Position numbers and translations under genes: made by a program
Part shown: piece after piece, positions 1-12,829 of the stretch
Numbering within the stretch: position 1 is the stretch's first letter
Layout of the letters: each line of letters begins with the position of its first letter
Source: Eledone cirrhosa
Lineage: Eukaryota
Length of the DNA stretch: 64,000 bases
Direction: 5' to 3'
NCBI GenBank assembly: GCA_964016885.1
Contig: OZ024740.1
Location: 154,194,001 to 154,258,000, forward strand
Notes under the pieces: model-generated
What the model saw: the letters and a program-made list of their open reading frames with translations, nothing else
What the model was told of the DNA's origin: nothing
Databases searched by the model: none

Positions 1-1773
1 TGGAACGGCTCCGAGAGGTAGCCGTTCACCTTGAACCTTTAGCAGATGTTGCTGCTGTGCACTGCAGCAATCCAGCCCCTGAATACGAGTCCGAATCCTG
101 CCGCCTCAAGCACCGCATCCTGGTAGCGATGGTCAACCCTATCGAAAGCCTTAGACTGATCCATGTTGATCAGGGCCCCACCGAAGCCGGGTTTACACTC
201 TACCCTCTCTATGATGTATCGCATGAGGTGGAGTTTGTCGTGTATGGACCTGGTCGGGATTGCGCATGTCTGCGCTTCTCCCACCAGGTTTTCGACGACA
301 AGCGCCAGCCTCTTTTCCAACACCTTGACCAAAATCTGTAACTCTGTGTTTAGCAGAGTTATGGACCGGAAGTTGCCTATGACATCCCCATTATTCTCAT
401 CCTTCCTGACTAACGTGACTACGTCCCTGGTAACAGAACTGGGAATTCTCCCGTTCTGCTGCCAGTTACAGTAGACCGCTTCCAGGAGACCGGAGAACAA
501 GTCCGGCATTGCTACGTAGAATTCGTAGGGTAGACTGTCGAGAACTGGATATTTGCGTTTGCCGCATTGACTCAGCGCCCCCAGTCTCAGCGGCCGAAAT
601 CGGCCTTTCGTAGAACTTCGGTAGGCTGTCGAGGTATGGACCGAAATCCGTAGCCCCTCCGTGGCGCCGTCCTGCCCGAACAGTTGAGCAAAGTGGCTCT
701 AAAAAAGCTGCGCACATCTGCTTCGGCTCACGTTACACGCGTCCGTCTTGGACCTTGAAAGACCGAATCGTGGACTTGTTGCCACTTTTCGCCTCCGTCA
801 CTCGGGCCCAGCTAACAGCTTTGGCTCCCTCGTTTCCCAGAGCACGTATTTTGCTCCTGACAACGCAGCCTTCGTGCTTTGCGTCGAAGAACTGGTCGAA
901 GGCCGTTCTCGTCGCAAGCACGCTGGCTACGTTGCCACTCCTAAGTGCCTCTTCTACTTTATCTACCAGTTCCTATTCAGTCTTATTTTTATCTAACACT
1001 AAGTCTTTACTAAAACCTATCGAGTCTAATCTGACTGCCCTCTTGAGAGAGTACCACCATCTGTTGTTGACAATGTCCCCCGTCAAGTGCTGCTTAACTA
1101 AAGTGCTAATCCGTCTACTGTAGGCTTTGCATGTCGGTAATGACAAGTTCAGCTTCCAGTAGCCGGATCCCTGTTTATGGGTTCTATCAAGGTTGACTAA
1201 GCAGGTCACTAGTTTGTGATCTGAATTGGCAACCATGAACATTTGTGGACAGCTTAACATGTCCCTATCACTAACTCTAACTAGAAACCTATCTAGGTAC
1301 GATCTAGATGTTCCGCTGTGGTTGGTCCACTTCCACTGTGGCACAGCTGGAAACTCTAGTCGATATTTATCGGCCAGTTAAAATCGGCCGATTAACTGTT
1401 TGAAGCTGTTACACCCCGCTCTATCGGGACATGCTCCCACATAGTCCCAACGTGCATCTAGGATTCCATTCCAGTCCCCCACTAAGAGCAGGGAGCGGGA
1501 CATATCCAGAAAAGTCTCTAGACATTTGAAGAAGTCTTGCCGCGGTGTCCCAGATGGGGCATATGCGGCCACCAGCCTGAAGGCTCCATCTTCAGAACCG
1601 TCAACGTCTAGGACCACCAGTCGACCCTCCAGGTCCAGATGTACCGTCTGTGTTACGAGGTCCAGGGGTTTCCGCAGCCAAACGGCAACCCCGCTCCCAC
1701 CTCCCAGCTGACAGAGAGATGCGTAGATCTCAAAGTCGTCGAAGATGGGGGCCAGTTGTCGCTCGCTGTGGAA
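1..1773 (-). mobile_element. Tx1-like LINE, 5'-truncated degraded copy (APE endonuclease and start of RT); runs off the window edge
   Basis: ORF fragments with APE motifs (GDWN, YLDRF, SDHK) and RT motifs (FRSITLLNTE, DQSKAFDRVDH); 5' junction abuts (GATA)n at 1774. Confidence 0.9.
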
Positions 1774-1802
1774 GATAGATAGCTACATATATACATACAT
1801 GC

Positions 1803-1871
<69 letters not shown>

Positions 1872-1898
1872 CATATATACATACATACAGATTGATAT

Positions 1899-2652
1899 AT
1901 TTCTTTATTTGCCACAAGGGCACACAAGAAAAGGGGACAATATAAGGACATATGCCGGGGATTTTACATATAATCGTGAAAAAAATGTTTAAACAAACAA
2001 ATTCAACAATCGAAATCCCCAATAGGGGGAGGCGTTACAAATGGGTTGTTTAATACCCAGTCGATAGAAGAACCCTCAACCCCAGGAGCGTGTTGTGCAA
2101 GTGCTCCCTTTCTCCTTTCGCTCTTATCTTCAACCTACAGGTTTATATACAGAGAAGGCCCAATCACTCAGGCCATTTTTGCTACATTCACCCACCTTTC
2201 AGTAAATTTACTGGGGTGCAGTGCCTCTCTCTCCACTCTGATTCTCCTTCTAAAGTGGTACCTAAAGAAGGGAATGAGTTGTTGTCCTGCGAGAAAGGCA
2301 TCTGTCCTCAGTCCTCTCAATCTCGTCCACCATATAGCCTCTTTCACTATAGCCACTATACAGGGGAAAACCGCCTCTCTTTCGTTTTGAAAGAAGTTGG
2401 CGGTTTGATCCTTACTATAGACTCGGCAGTCAACTGGATTTGTCCCATACGCGACAGCAGTTGTTCTGCGTAGTTCCACAGGTCGGTTACGCCAGGGCAC
2501 TGTACAATTTCGTGCAGGACGGTTTCAATGTCCTGCCCGCACCTTGGACACGTCCTCTTGGAATGATCCCTGACGGAGCGTCCATGCCTGTAGATCTTGT
2601 CACGAACTGGTAGAGCTCCTCGGTAGCACTGCCAGGCCAGGGACCTCTGGAA
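1899..2652 (-). mobile_element. Tx1-like LINE 3' fragment (CCHC finger and 3' UTR)
   Basis: CPRCGQDIETVLHEIVQC; AATAAA then (TATC)n tail; ~38-bp direct repeats at 1860-1897 and 2653-2690. Confidence 0.9.
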
Positions 2653-2690
2653 GATAGATAGACACATATATACATACATACAGATAGATA

Positions 2691-2788
2691 TGTTTCTTTA
2701 TTAGCCACAGGGGCACAAAAGAAGGGGACAAATACAAAGGGGGAAGTTTACATACAATAAACACGTGTAAAATATTATCACAAATAAA
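2691..2788 (-). mobile_element. Tx1-like LINE, ~100-bp extreme 3' fragment
   Basis: Nearly identical to the 3' terminus of the copy at 4332; GATA repeats on both sides. Confidence 0.8.
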
Positions 2789-2814
2789 GATAGATAGATA
2801 GATAGATAGATAGA

Positions 2815-3959
2815 TTTCTTTATTTGCGGCGCACAAGAAAAGGGGACAATACAAAGACACATGCCGGGGATTTTACATACAGTCGTGTAAAAATGTTGAA
2901 AGAAACAATTATAACAATCGAAATCCCCAATAGGGGGGAGGCGCCACAAATGGGTTGTTTAATACCCCGTCGATAGAACAACCCTTTTGGAAGGATCCGT
3001 GCCTGTAGATCTTATCTCGAACGGGTAGAGCTCCTCGGTAGCAATGCCAGGCCAGGGACCTCTGGAAGTTGCCCATAGGTCCTGGGCGGAAAGTCCTACC
3101 AAACAAACTGGTGAGCTCGTCGTCTTCGACGCCTAGAGTCTCCCCGAGCACGTCGTCGCACTTGTAAAGTACTAACCCTCCATAGAATGTCGAAGTGGAG
3201 TCTCCACTGATTGCTGTGCCCGCTTGACAGAGGACTGTGAGCGCCTGGGCGCATTCAATGCGCCAGGCGCCCCGGTCTTCGCTTCGCCCAGGATTGCAGC
3301 TCCGTCACTGAGACAAATTGTGGGAAGGCCTGTCTCACAAACGGTGCCCACACCGGTTGGTCGGTGAGGAATACCTGGAGTTGCCGTTGCCTCAGCGCAT
3401 GTTTGCGCATCATTAGCCACGGCATGCCCAGCGCTCTGTTGGAAGGGTGTAGACAGCCGACGGATCTCCTCACCAGTGGAGCCTGCTTCTCCACAGGAAC
3501 TGGAAGAGCCTGCGTTCAATCTTGGTGAGGTATTCACGGGGACACGGCACGACAGTCAAGCGGTAGTAGATGACGGCCGCTATGAAAGTGTTCGCCACCT
3601 CCGATCGATCTTTCAATGACAATTTGCACTCTGCCCACTTCTGGGTGAGCGCAAATACCTTGGCCATGACCTTGTTCCAGTTTTTCTCCACCTGGAGGTC
3701 TGGACCGAACCAGACCCCGAGCAGCTTCACCGGTCCTTCTGTCCAGCGTCCGACGACGCTGTCGGACGGCATCGGTTTGCTTCTCCACGTTCCGAGTTGA
3801 AAACCGACAGCCTTATCCAGGTTCAGTTTTTCTCCTGTGAACCTTTCGTATTCCTGTAGTAGGTTGCCGATTATCTCGATTTCCGAGGTTTTCGACACCG
3901 TTGCCATCACGTTGTCGGCATATGCCGACGCGGATTTTCGCAGTCCCGGTTCTAAAGTT
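2815..3959 (-). mobile_element. Tx1-like LINE 3' part (RT motif C to 3' UTR, internal deletion near 2990)
   Basis: SAYADNV, VKLLGVWFG and NFQRSLAWHCYRGALPVR homologous to the full-length copies. Confidence 0.88.
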
Positions 3960-4030
3960 ACATACATATATACATAGATACATACATACATACATACATA
4001 CATACATACATACATACATACATACATACA

Positions 4031-4203
4031 TGGTGGCTGCCAAGTCGTTTTCGAGTACGGCCACTACTTTATATCCATGTAGGAGAAACCCTACCGATGC
4101 GCTGAACGAGTGTGACATTTTAGTCCAGCCAGCGACTTGAAAACTCTGGTACAAACACTACACTTGTGACAATTATTGACACATAGTTCTGGGCCCATGG
4201 TAC
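4031..4203 (-). mobile_element. 3' fragment of the non-autonomous RTE-derived element
   Basis: Matches the 3' end of 5993-6600; encodes a C2H2-like terminal finger CSVCTRVFKSLAGLKCHTRSAH; (TGTA)n tail. Confidence 0.75.
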
Positions 4204-4331
4204 TATACATATATACATACATACGTACATACAGATAGATAGTTAGATAGATACAATACTTACATACATACATACATACATACATACATGCATACATACT
4301 TGCATACATACATACAGATAGATAGATAGAT

Positions 4332-5978
4332 ATGTTTCTTTATTAGCCACAGGGGCACAAAAGAAGGGGACAATTACAAAGAGGGGAGTTTACATACAAT
4401 AAATATGTGTAAAATATTATCACAAATGCAAATTAAAAGTTAATTGATTTTCCCCAATAGGGGGAGACAGTTCATATGAGTAGCACATATCCCCGAAAAA
4501 ATGTGCAACCCTCATCTCCAGGAGTACGAAGAGTTTGTACCACTTTCCTCTCTTTCTCTTTTTCCTCAATCTACAGGCTGATATAGAGAGAAAGCCTATT
4601 CACTCGGGCCATTCTCGCCACTTTCACCCACCTTTCATAAAATTTGCTGGGGTACAGCACCTCTCTCTCCATCCTGATTCTTCTTCCAAAGTGGTATTAG
4701 AAAAAAAGAATCAGTTATTGGCTGGAGAGAAAGGTGTCTGACCTCAGCCCTTTTAACCTCGCCCACCATACAACCTCTTTCGCCATAGCTATCACACAAA
4801 GGAAAACCGCCTCTACTTCGTTTTTGAAGGAGGGTGGCGGTTTGATATGACAATGGACTCGGTGGTCAAGCGGACTGGTCCCACCCGCGACAATAGTCGT
4901 TCTACATAGCCCCACAGGTCGGTAACGCCCGGGCAGTGTATGAATGCGTGCGCGACGGTTTCTTCGTTTAGCATGCATCTCGGACAAATCTTTTTCGAAG
5001 CGTCCCTGCCCGGGCGCCCTTGTCTGTAGAGCTTGTCTCGAACTGGTAGAGCTCCTCGGTAGCACTGCCAGGCCAGAGACTTTTGGAAGTTGTCCATCGG
5101 TCCCGGGCGGAAGGTCCTACCGAACAGACTGGCCAATTCGTCTTCCTCCACGCCTAGAGTTTCTCCGAGCGCGTCGTCGCACTGGCTGCGGATCAACCCT
5201 CTATAGAATGACGAAGTGGAGTCTCCACTGATCGCCGGGTCCGTCTGCCAGAGGGCTGTGAGCGCCTGAGCACATTCGATGTGCCAGTCGCCCATTTTCC
5301 TCGGTCTTTGCTTGACTCAGGACTGCAGCTCGGTCAGCGAGACGAGTTGTGGGAAGGCTCGCCTCACGAACGGGGCCAACACAGGTTGTCCTGTAAGGAA
5401 TACGTAGAGATGCCGCAGCCTGAGCGCATCGTCAGCCACGGCCACCCCAGCCCTCCGTTGGAAGGGTGTTAGCAGCAGATGGATCTTCTCACCAAAGGAG
5501 CACGCTTCTTCCAAAGGAATTGGAAGAGCGCGCTCCATTTTGGTGAGCGTTTTGGCTGGACAAGGCACGACGGTCAAGCGGTAGTAGATAACGGACGCTA
5601 TAAAAGTGTTCGCCACCTCCGCTTGACCTTTCAAGGATAGTTTGCACTCGGCCCACTTCTGGGTGAGTGCAAACACCTTGGCTGTCACCTAGTTCCAGTT
5701 CTTCTCTACCTGGAGGTCCGGACCAAACCAGACCCCGAGCAGCTTCACCGGTCTTTCCGTCCAGCGTCCTACAACGCCATCGGAAGGCATCGGTTTGCCT
5801 CTCCACGATCCGAGTTGCAAACCGTTGGACTTGTCCAGGTTCAGTTTTGCTCCTGTGAACCTTTCGTATTCCTGTAGTAGGTTGCCGATTACCTCGATTT
5901 CCGAGGTTTTCGACACCATTACCGTCATGTCGTCGGCATATGCCGACGTTGCTTTTCGCAATCCCGGTTCTAAAGTTA
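4332..5978 (-). mobile_element. Tx1-like LINE 3' part, degraded
   Basis: SAYADD, WTERPVKLLG, CPRCMLNEETVAHAFIHC; (TATC)n tail. Confidence 0.9.
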
Positions 5979-5992
5979 CATACATATATACA

Positions 5993-6600
5993 TGGTGGCT
6001 GCCAACTCGTATTCGAGTACGGCCACTACTTTATATCCATGTAGGAGAACCCCTACCGATGCGCTGAACGAGTGTGACTTTTTAGTCCAGCCAGCGACTT
6101 GAAAACTCTGGTACAAACACTACACTTTTGACAATTATTGACACATAGTGCTGGGCCCATGGTACCATGTGACGACAAGTGAAGAGAGATCTCCAGATAT
6201 AAAGCAATGCCTGTGCCGTGAAGCTTTTATAGTGAGCAAAGGCACTGCACAAAGCCAGTCCCACTCTCTTAACCAAGGTGATATTTACCAAAAAGAAGAA
6301 CATGTCAACATCATTGGATACCATCAGGGTTGCAGGTGTTATATCAGAGTTTTCCTTCTCCTAGAATTCTGCCTTGACAAAGGCTAAGGGGTCATCTCTC
6401 CCGGTGATTTTGGATGGCCATTGACTCTTAAGAGCTCCTTTGCCCTTTGACAGGTTTTGTTTTTAGTCCTGCAGGATGTCCAAAGTCACCCTCCTCACCA
6501 AGAAACCTTGGTGGGGTTGCCAGTTTAGTCGCTAACGACCCGACCATGGGACAGGTTGTACTGGAATACATGTTACCAGTAGCACCAACTGGTGACCTGA
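5993..6600 (-). mobile_element. ~608-bp non-autonomous bipartite RTE-derived retroelement, full unit
   Basis: Repeated at 6611-7199 and 16939-17544; 5' part has GGAGAAGGAAAACTCTGA, typical of RTE 5' UTRs; 3' part has the C2H2-like remnant and a (TGTA)n tail; no long ORF. Confidence 0.7.
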
Positions 6601-6610
6601 CATATATACA

Positions 6611-7199
6611 TGGTGGCTGCCAACTCGTTTTCGAGTACGGCCACTACTTTATATCCATGTAGGAGAACCCCTACCGATGCTCTGAACGAGTGTGACTTTT
6701 CAGTCCAGCCAGCGACTTGAAAACTCTAGTACAAACACTACACTTGTGACAATGATTGACACACAGTGCTGGGCCCATGGTACCATGTGACGACAAGTGC
6801 AGAGAGATCTCCAGATATAAAGTAATGCCTGTGCCGTGAAGCTTTTATAGTGAACAAAGGCACTGCACAAAGCCAGTCCCACTCTCTTAACCAAGATGAT
6901 ATTTACCAAAAAGAAGAACAAGTCAACATCATTGGATACCATCAGGGTTGCAGGTGTTATATCAGAGTTTTCCTTCTCCTAGAATTCTGCCTTGACAAAG
7001 GCTAAGGGGTCATCTCTCCAGGTGATTTTGGATGGCCATTGACTCTCAAGAGATCCTTTGCCCTTTGACAGGTTTTGTTTTTAGTCCTGCAGGATGTCCA
7101 AAGTCACCCTCCTCACCAAGAAAACTTGGTGGGGTTGCCAGTTTAGTCGCCAACGACCCGACCATGAGACAGGTTGTACTGGGATACATGTTACCAGTA
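6611..7199 (-). mobile_element. Second tandem unit of the RTE-derived element (lacks ~18 bp of the 5' end)
   Basis: Highly similar to 5993-6600, separated from it by CATATATACA. Confidence 0.75.
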
Positions 7200-7232
7200 C
7201 ATATATACATAGATACATACATACATACATAC

Positions 7233-7309
<77 letters not shown>

Positions 7310-7573
7310 TGTTTCTTTTATTTGCCACCAGGGCATCAAAAGTGGGACAAGTACAATGGGGGGAGTTTACAAAACAAGGCGTCCTCAATAAGGAGGAGGC
7401 AATAACAATATATAAAAATAAAATAAAATATAACGAAAAATAAAATTTATAACAAAGTCCTCAATAGAGAGGAGGCCCCTTGGGGGGTCGCACACACCCC
7501 TGAAAAAAGTGTGCAACCCTTCTCCTCAGGAGCACAGAGAAGGGGTGCTCCCTTGGTCTTTCATATTCCTCAC

Positions 7574-10500
7574 CTATAGTCTGATGTAGAGTGAAGGCCC
7601 ATTCACACGGGCCATTCTCGCCACTTTCACCCATCTTTCATAGAAACGGCTGGGGTGCAGCACCTCTCTCTCCATCCTGATCCTTCTTCCGAAATGATAT
7701 CAGAAGAAACGGACGAGTTGTTGGCCAGAGAGAAAGGTGTCTGACCTCAGTCCTTTCAGACGCGTCCACCATACAACCTCTTTCGCCATGGCTATTACGC
7801 ACAGAAACACCGCCTCTCCTTCGTTTTTGAAGAGGGGAGGCGGCTTGATCGTTACAATAGACTCGGTGGTCAACCGGATCGGTCCCACCCTTGACAGCAG
7901 TTGTTCGACATAGCCCCACAGATCGGCAATGCCCGAGCAGTCTACCAATGCGTGTGCAACGGTTTCCTCGTCGCACACGCATCTGGGACAGACCTTTTTC
8001 GATGGGTCCCTACCCGGGCGCCCGTGTCTGTACAGCCTTTCTCGAACGGGAGAGCCCTTCTGTAGCATTGCCAGGCCAGGGACCTCTGGAAGTTATCCAT
8101 GGGTCCCGGGCTGAATGTCCTACCGAACAGGTTGGCCAGTTCGTCTTCCTCCATGCCTAGGGCTTCTCCGAGGGCGTCGTCGCACCTGCTAACCACCAGC
8201 CCTCTATAGAATAACGAGGTGGATTCTCCACTGACAGCTGGGTCCGCCTGCCAGAGAGCCGTGAGCGCCTGGGCACACTCGGTGTGCCAGGCGCCCAGTT
8301 TTCTCGGTCTTTGCTTGACCCAGGATTGCAGCTCGGTGAGTGAGACGAGTCTGGGAAAGGCTCGCCTCACAAACGGGGCCCACACCGGTTGACCGGAGAG
8401 GAATACCTGAAGGTGCCGTAGCCTTAATGCATGTTTACGTATCATCAGCCACGGCATCCCCAGCCCTCCTTTCGAAGGGTGTTGACAGCAGATGGATCTC
8501 CTCACCATAGGAGCCCGCTTCTTCCAAAGGAATTGGAAGAGTGCGCGCTCCATTTTGGCGAGCGTTTCCCTTGGGCAAGGCACCACGGTCAGGCGGTAGT
8601 AGATGACGGACGCTATATAAGTGTTCGCCACCTCCGCCCGACCTTTCAGGGACAGTTTGCACTCGGCCCACTTCTGGGTCAGTGCAAACACCCTGCTCGT
8701 CACCTCACCCCAGTTCTTCTCCACCTGGAGGTCTGGTCCGAACCAGACCCCGAGCAATTTCACCGGGCCCTCCGTCCAGCGCCCGACGACGCCATCGGAG
8801 GGCATCGATCTGCCCCTCCACGTGCCGAGTTGCAGACCGATCGACTTGTCCCGGTTCAGCTTAGCCCCTGTAAACCTTTCGTACTCCTCCAGTAAGGTGC
8901 CGGTCGCCCCGATTTCCGAGGCCGTCGACACCATTACTGTTACGTCATCGGCGTAGGCTGACACCGCTTTCCGCAATCCCGGTTCCAACGGGATGCCCTG
9001 CAACAACTCCAACTTCCGCAGCAGTGGCTCTAGAGTCACTACATACAGAAGGGAGGAGAGAGGGCACCCCTGTCGGATGGACCGCGCGATTTCGAACGGC
9101 TCCGAGAGGTAGCCATTCACCTTGACCCTAGAGCAGATGCGGCTGCTGTGCATGGCATTGATCCAGCCCCTGAAAACGGGTCCGAAGCCTGCCGCCGCTA
9201 GCACCGCATCCAGGTAACCATGGTCGACCCTATCGAATGCCTTAGATTGATCCAAGTTGATCAGGGCCCCACCAAAGCCGGGTTCGTTCCCAACCCTCTC
9301 TATGATGTATCGCATGAGGTGGAGGTTATCGTGGATGGACCTGGACGGGATAGCACATGTCTGCGCATCTCCCACCAGGTTTCCCACGACAAGCGCCAAC
9401 CTCTTTGCTAGCACCTTGGCCAAAATCTGTAACTCTGTATTTAGCAGAGTTATGGGCCTGAAATTATTTATATCGTCCCCCTTGTTCTCGTCCTTCCTCA
9501 CTAGCGTGACTACGCCCTTGGTCACAGCACAGGGAATTCTCCCGTTCTGTCGCCAGTTGCAGTAGACCGCCTCGAGGAGTTCGGGGAACAAGTCCGGCAT
9601 AGCTAGATATAGTTCGTATGGAAGACCATCGAGACCCGGGGATTTGCGTTTGCCGCATTGGCTCAGCACGTCCTCTATCTCAGCGGCTGAAATCGGCTCC
9701 TCGCAGGACTTCGCCTCCCTGTCCGAGAGACGCGGCAGGCCGTCGAGGTATGGACCGAAGTCCACGTCCCCAACCGGCCCCCCGCCCCTTCCGAACAGTT
9801 CGGCAAAGTGCTTTTGAAAAGCCTCGCACATCTGCTTAGGTTCAAGGATCACCCGTCCATCCTGGTCTCGCAAAGACCGGATAGTGGATCTGCTCCCTCT
9901 TTTGGCTTCTGTCACGCGGGCCCAGCTAACAGCTTTGGTCCCCTCGTTTCCCAGAGCACGTATTTTGCTTCGGACGATGCAGCCTTCGTGTTTCGCGTCG
10001 AAGAACTGGCCCAGGGCCGTTCTCGACGCTAGCACTCTGGCCACGTCGCCGCTTCTAATTGCCTCTTCTACACTATCTACCAACTCCCTTTCCTTCCTAT
10101 TTCTATTGGAGGCTAACTCCTTACTAAATTCTATAGAGACTGATCTAATCTCTCTTTTGAGAGATCCCCCACCACCTGCTGTTGACGATGGCGCCCGTCA
10201 ACCGCTCCTTAACTAAAGTGCTAATCCGGTTCCTGTAAGCCTTACTTGCCGGTAAGGACAAGTTGAGCTTCCAGTAACCGGGTCCCTGTCTATGAGTTCT
10301 GTCAAGGTTGACCATGCAGGTCACTAATTTGTGGTCTGAATAGCCAACCATGCGCATTTTTGGACAACTTAAAAAGTCCTTAACCTTAATTCTAACTAAG
10401 AACCTATCTAGGTACGACCTAGATGTTCCGCTACGATTTGCCCAAGTCCAGGTTGGCGCAGTCGGAAAATCTAGTCGATATCTATCGGCCAGGTCAAATC

Positions 10501-11011
10501 GACCGATTAACCCTTTGAGGCTATTACACCCCTCTCTATCGGGACAGGCCCCTACGTAGTCCCAGCGTGCATCTAGGATACCATTCCAGTCCCCCACTAA
10601 TAGCAAGGAGCGGGACATCCCTAGAAAAGTCTCCAGACGATGGAAGAAGTACGGCCGCATTGACCCGAAAGGGCCGTAGGCGGCTACCAACCTAAACGCT
10701 CCGCCTTTACCACTGCCAAGGTCCAGAACCACTAGTCGACCCTCCAGGTCCAAATGTACCATCTGTGTTGCGAGACCCAGATGTTTTTGCAGCAGAACGA
10801 CAACTCCACCCCCACCTCCGGGCTGACAGAGAGATGCGTGCATCTCAAAGTCATCAAAGGTGGGGGCCAGCTGTCGCACGTTGCTGATCCGGGCCTCGCA
10901 AATAACCATCACATCTATACGTTGTGACCTGAGGTCATTTAGAAGCATTGCTTGCTTCCAAGTTGAGCCCAGGCCACGCGCATTTAAACAGCCTACTCTT
11001 AGCATAGCCAT
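7574..11011 (-). pseudogene. Tx1-like ORF2: APE endonuclease, reverse transcriptase and CCHC finger, broken by frameshifts
   Basis: Kozak-like CAACATGG start; NARGL, GDWN, SDHK; KSPGLDG, QGCPLS, YADD; CPRCVCDEETVAH; breaks near 10166 and 8050. Confidence 0.92.
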
Positions 11012-11035
11012 GTTGGTGGTGAAGAGAAAAGGCAC

Positions 11036-12829
11036 TTACCTCTCTGCGTCCCGGGTATCGGGCTGCACAATTTCCATTAGGGTGAGTGATGGGTTGTTGG
11101 GTGGGGTGGTGGTTTGTGGAAGTGTAGGGGCATCAGTGTGTTGTGTGGTTGGGGAGCTTGGAGTTGTGTGGGTGTTTGGGGAGGGGGTGAGATAGTTTTT
11201 TAGGAGGACGCGGTTGATGGGCCCGACGCAGGGGGGACCCACGTCCTCTTTAAAATTGTTTTTTAAAGTTTTATAGGTGTCCTGTGGGGCCTTAATCATT
11301 TTGAGGTGGGGGAAATCCCCTGCCTGGGTGAAGTTAGGCCCTTGTGTTTTTATTAGATTGTTGTTGTACACAATGTTTAACAGTTTTTTTGTTTCTTGTG
11401 TTTATGTATGTGTATGCATGTTTTTGTTTTTGTGTGGTGTTTTTTGTTTGCTGTTGTTGTGAGCTCTTTTGTGTTGGTATCAGTGTTATGTTTTGGGGAG
11501 GGGTTGTTTTCATTTGTGTGTCTGAGGTGTGTTTTCTTTTTTTTCTTTTGATTGTGTGGAAGTGCTCCTCCTCGTCTGACGACGAACTAGGGTCATCTTC
11601 CGCGTTGGAGGGGAGGGGAGGGGTATATTTTCGGGTTGTGTTTGCGGTACGGGTGTTTTGGAAATTGTTTTTGTTTTTTGAGTGGAGGGGATGGGTTGGA
11701 CATTGTTTTGTTTTGGTTTGAGCTGTGGTGGTTGTTTTTGTAGTGGTAGTTGTGGTGATTGTGTCGGTTGTGCAGTTGTTGGTGGTGTAGGCAGGATTGG
11801 GGTTTTCTTATTAAGTTGGGGACAGACAGCCCTCAGGTGACCTCTGGTTCCGCAGAGGTAACACGAGGGCCGTCTACCCTCAACGGTAATGTTGATGAAG
11901 GTTAGATCATCCAGTATGACGCGTTCAGGGATCTGGGCGATCCTTTCGGGCCTCATTTGAACTACAAGTTCGAGGCTCGTTCCACTGAACGCGTCACCCG
12001 ATGCCATTCCCATGGACACCAGCATGTCATCCTCCAGGTCCAGAAAACCTGTCAAAACCCACCATATGTCCATAATCGGCAGGATGGTGTGGATTTTTAT
12101 TTTTTGTGTTCTTCTACCAATGTACGTAGGGTAGAAGGTGTATGCGGTGGATGTGATTGGTTTGATGGACAGTTTCACTACTGTGTCCCTGTCCTTCATG
12201 AGAATGGATAGACTCCCGTAGAGTCTATCTTTCTGAATGAAGGTGATGTCCTTCATGACGTCTTTTAAAACCAGCTCTATCTCACTCTGTGATGGTTGAG
12301 CTGGTTTTTTACTTTTGTTCGAGATTGTCCTAAACATGACCGTGTTTAGGAGTCTCTGGCTTTTTAGTTCCGTGGGGGAATGGATTGTGAATGAACCATT
12401 TTCTCCGTACACTATATATTTTTTCGCATCTTCCAGTAGCTCCTTCGCTTTGGTTATATCTACTGGCAGATAGTCGAGGGTTTTCCTTGTCGTCTCGGCG
12501 AAGGAGAAATTTTGTTTGTTTGTGTTGTTGTTGTCGTTGGTGGTGTTGTTGTTATCATTGTTGTTGTTGTCACCGTTATTGGTCTTGTTGTTGTTGTTAT
12601 TGTTATTGGTGTTGTTTTCGTCCGTCGCATTGTTGTTGTTGTTGCTGTTGCTGCTGGTTCTTTGGGTTGTTGCCATGGCAACGTCAAGTTGTCGGTTAAC
12701 AGGTGGAGAGAATTCTTCCTCTGGCTGACCTTTCTTCTTGACCTCTGCTACTGTGACAGTGGCAGGGGGAAGCTGTAAGTTTATCTTCCCCTTTCCTCCT
12801 TCGAATTTTGGTGAAGAAGCTTCGGCCAT
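11036..12829 (-). CDS. Tx1-like ORF1 nucleic-acid-binding protein (frameshifted in the low-complexity C-terminal half)
   Basis: 439-aa ORF from MAEASSP with CX2CX4HX4C (CYLCGTRGHLRAVC); C-terminus MEIVQPDTRDAER* in 11036-11371 matches MEIEQPDLQETKR* in family B. Confidence 0.85.

Noticed and set aside
4091-4200. Host C2H2 zinc-finger gene
   Set aside because: Single finger inside a four-copy repeat directly before its tail; fits the C-terminus of an RTE ORF.
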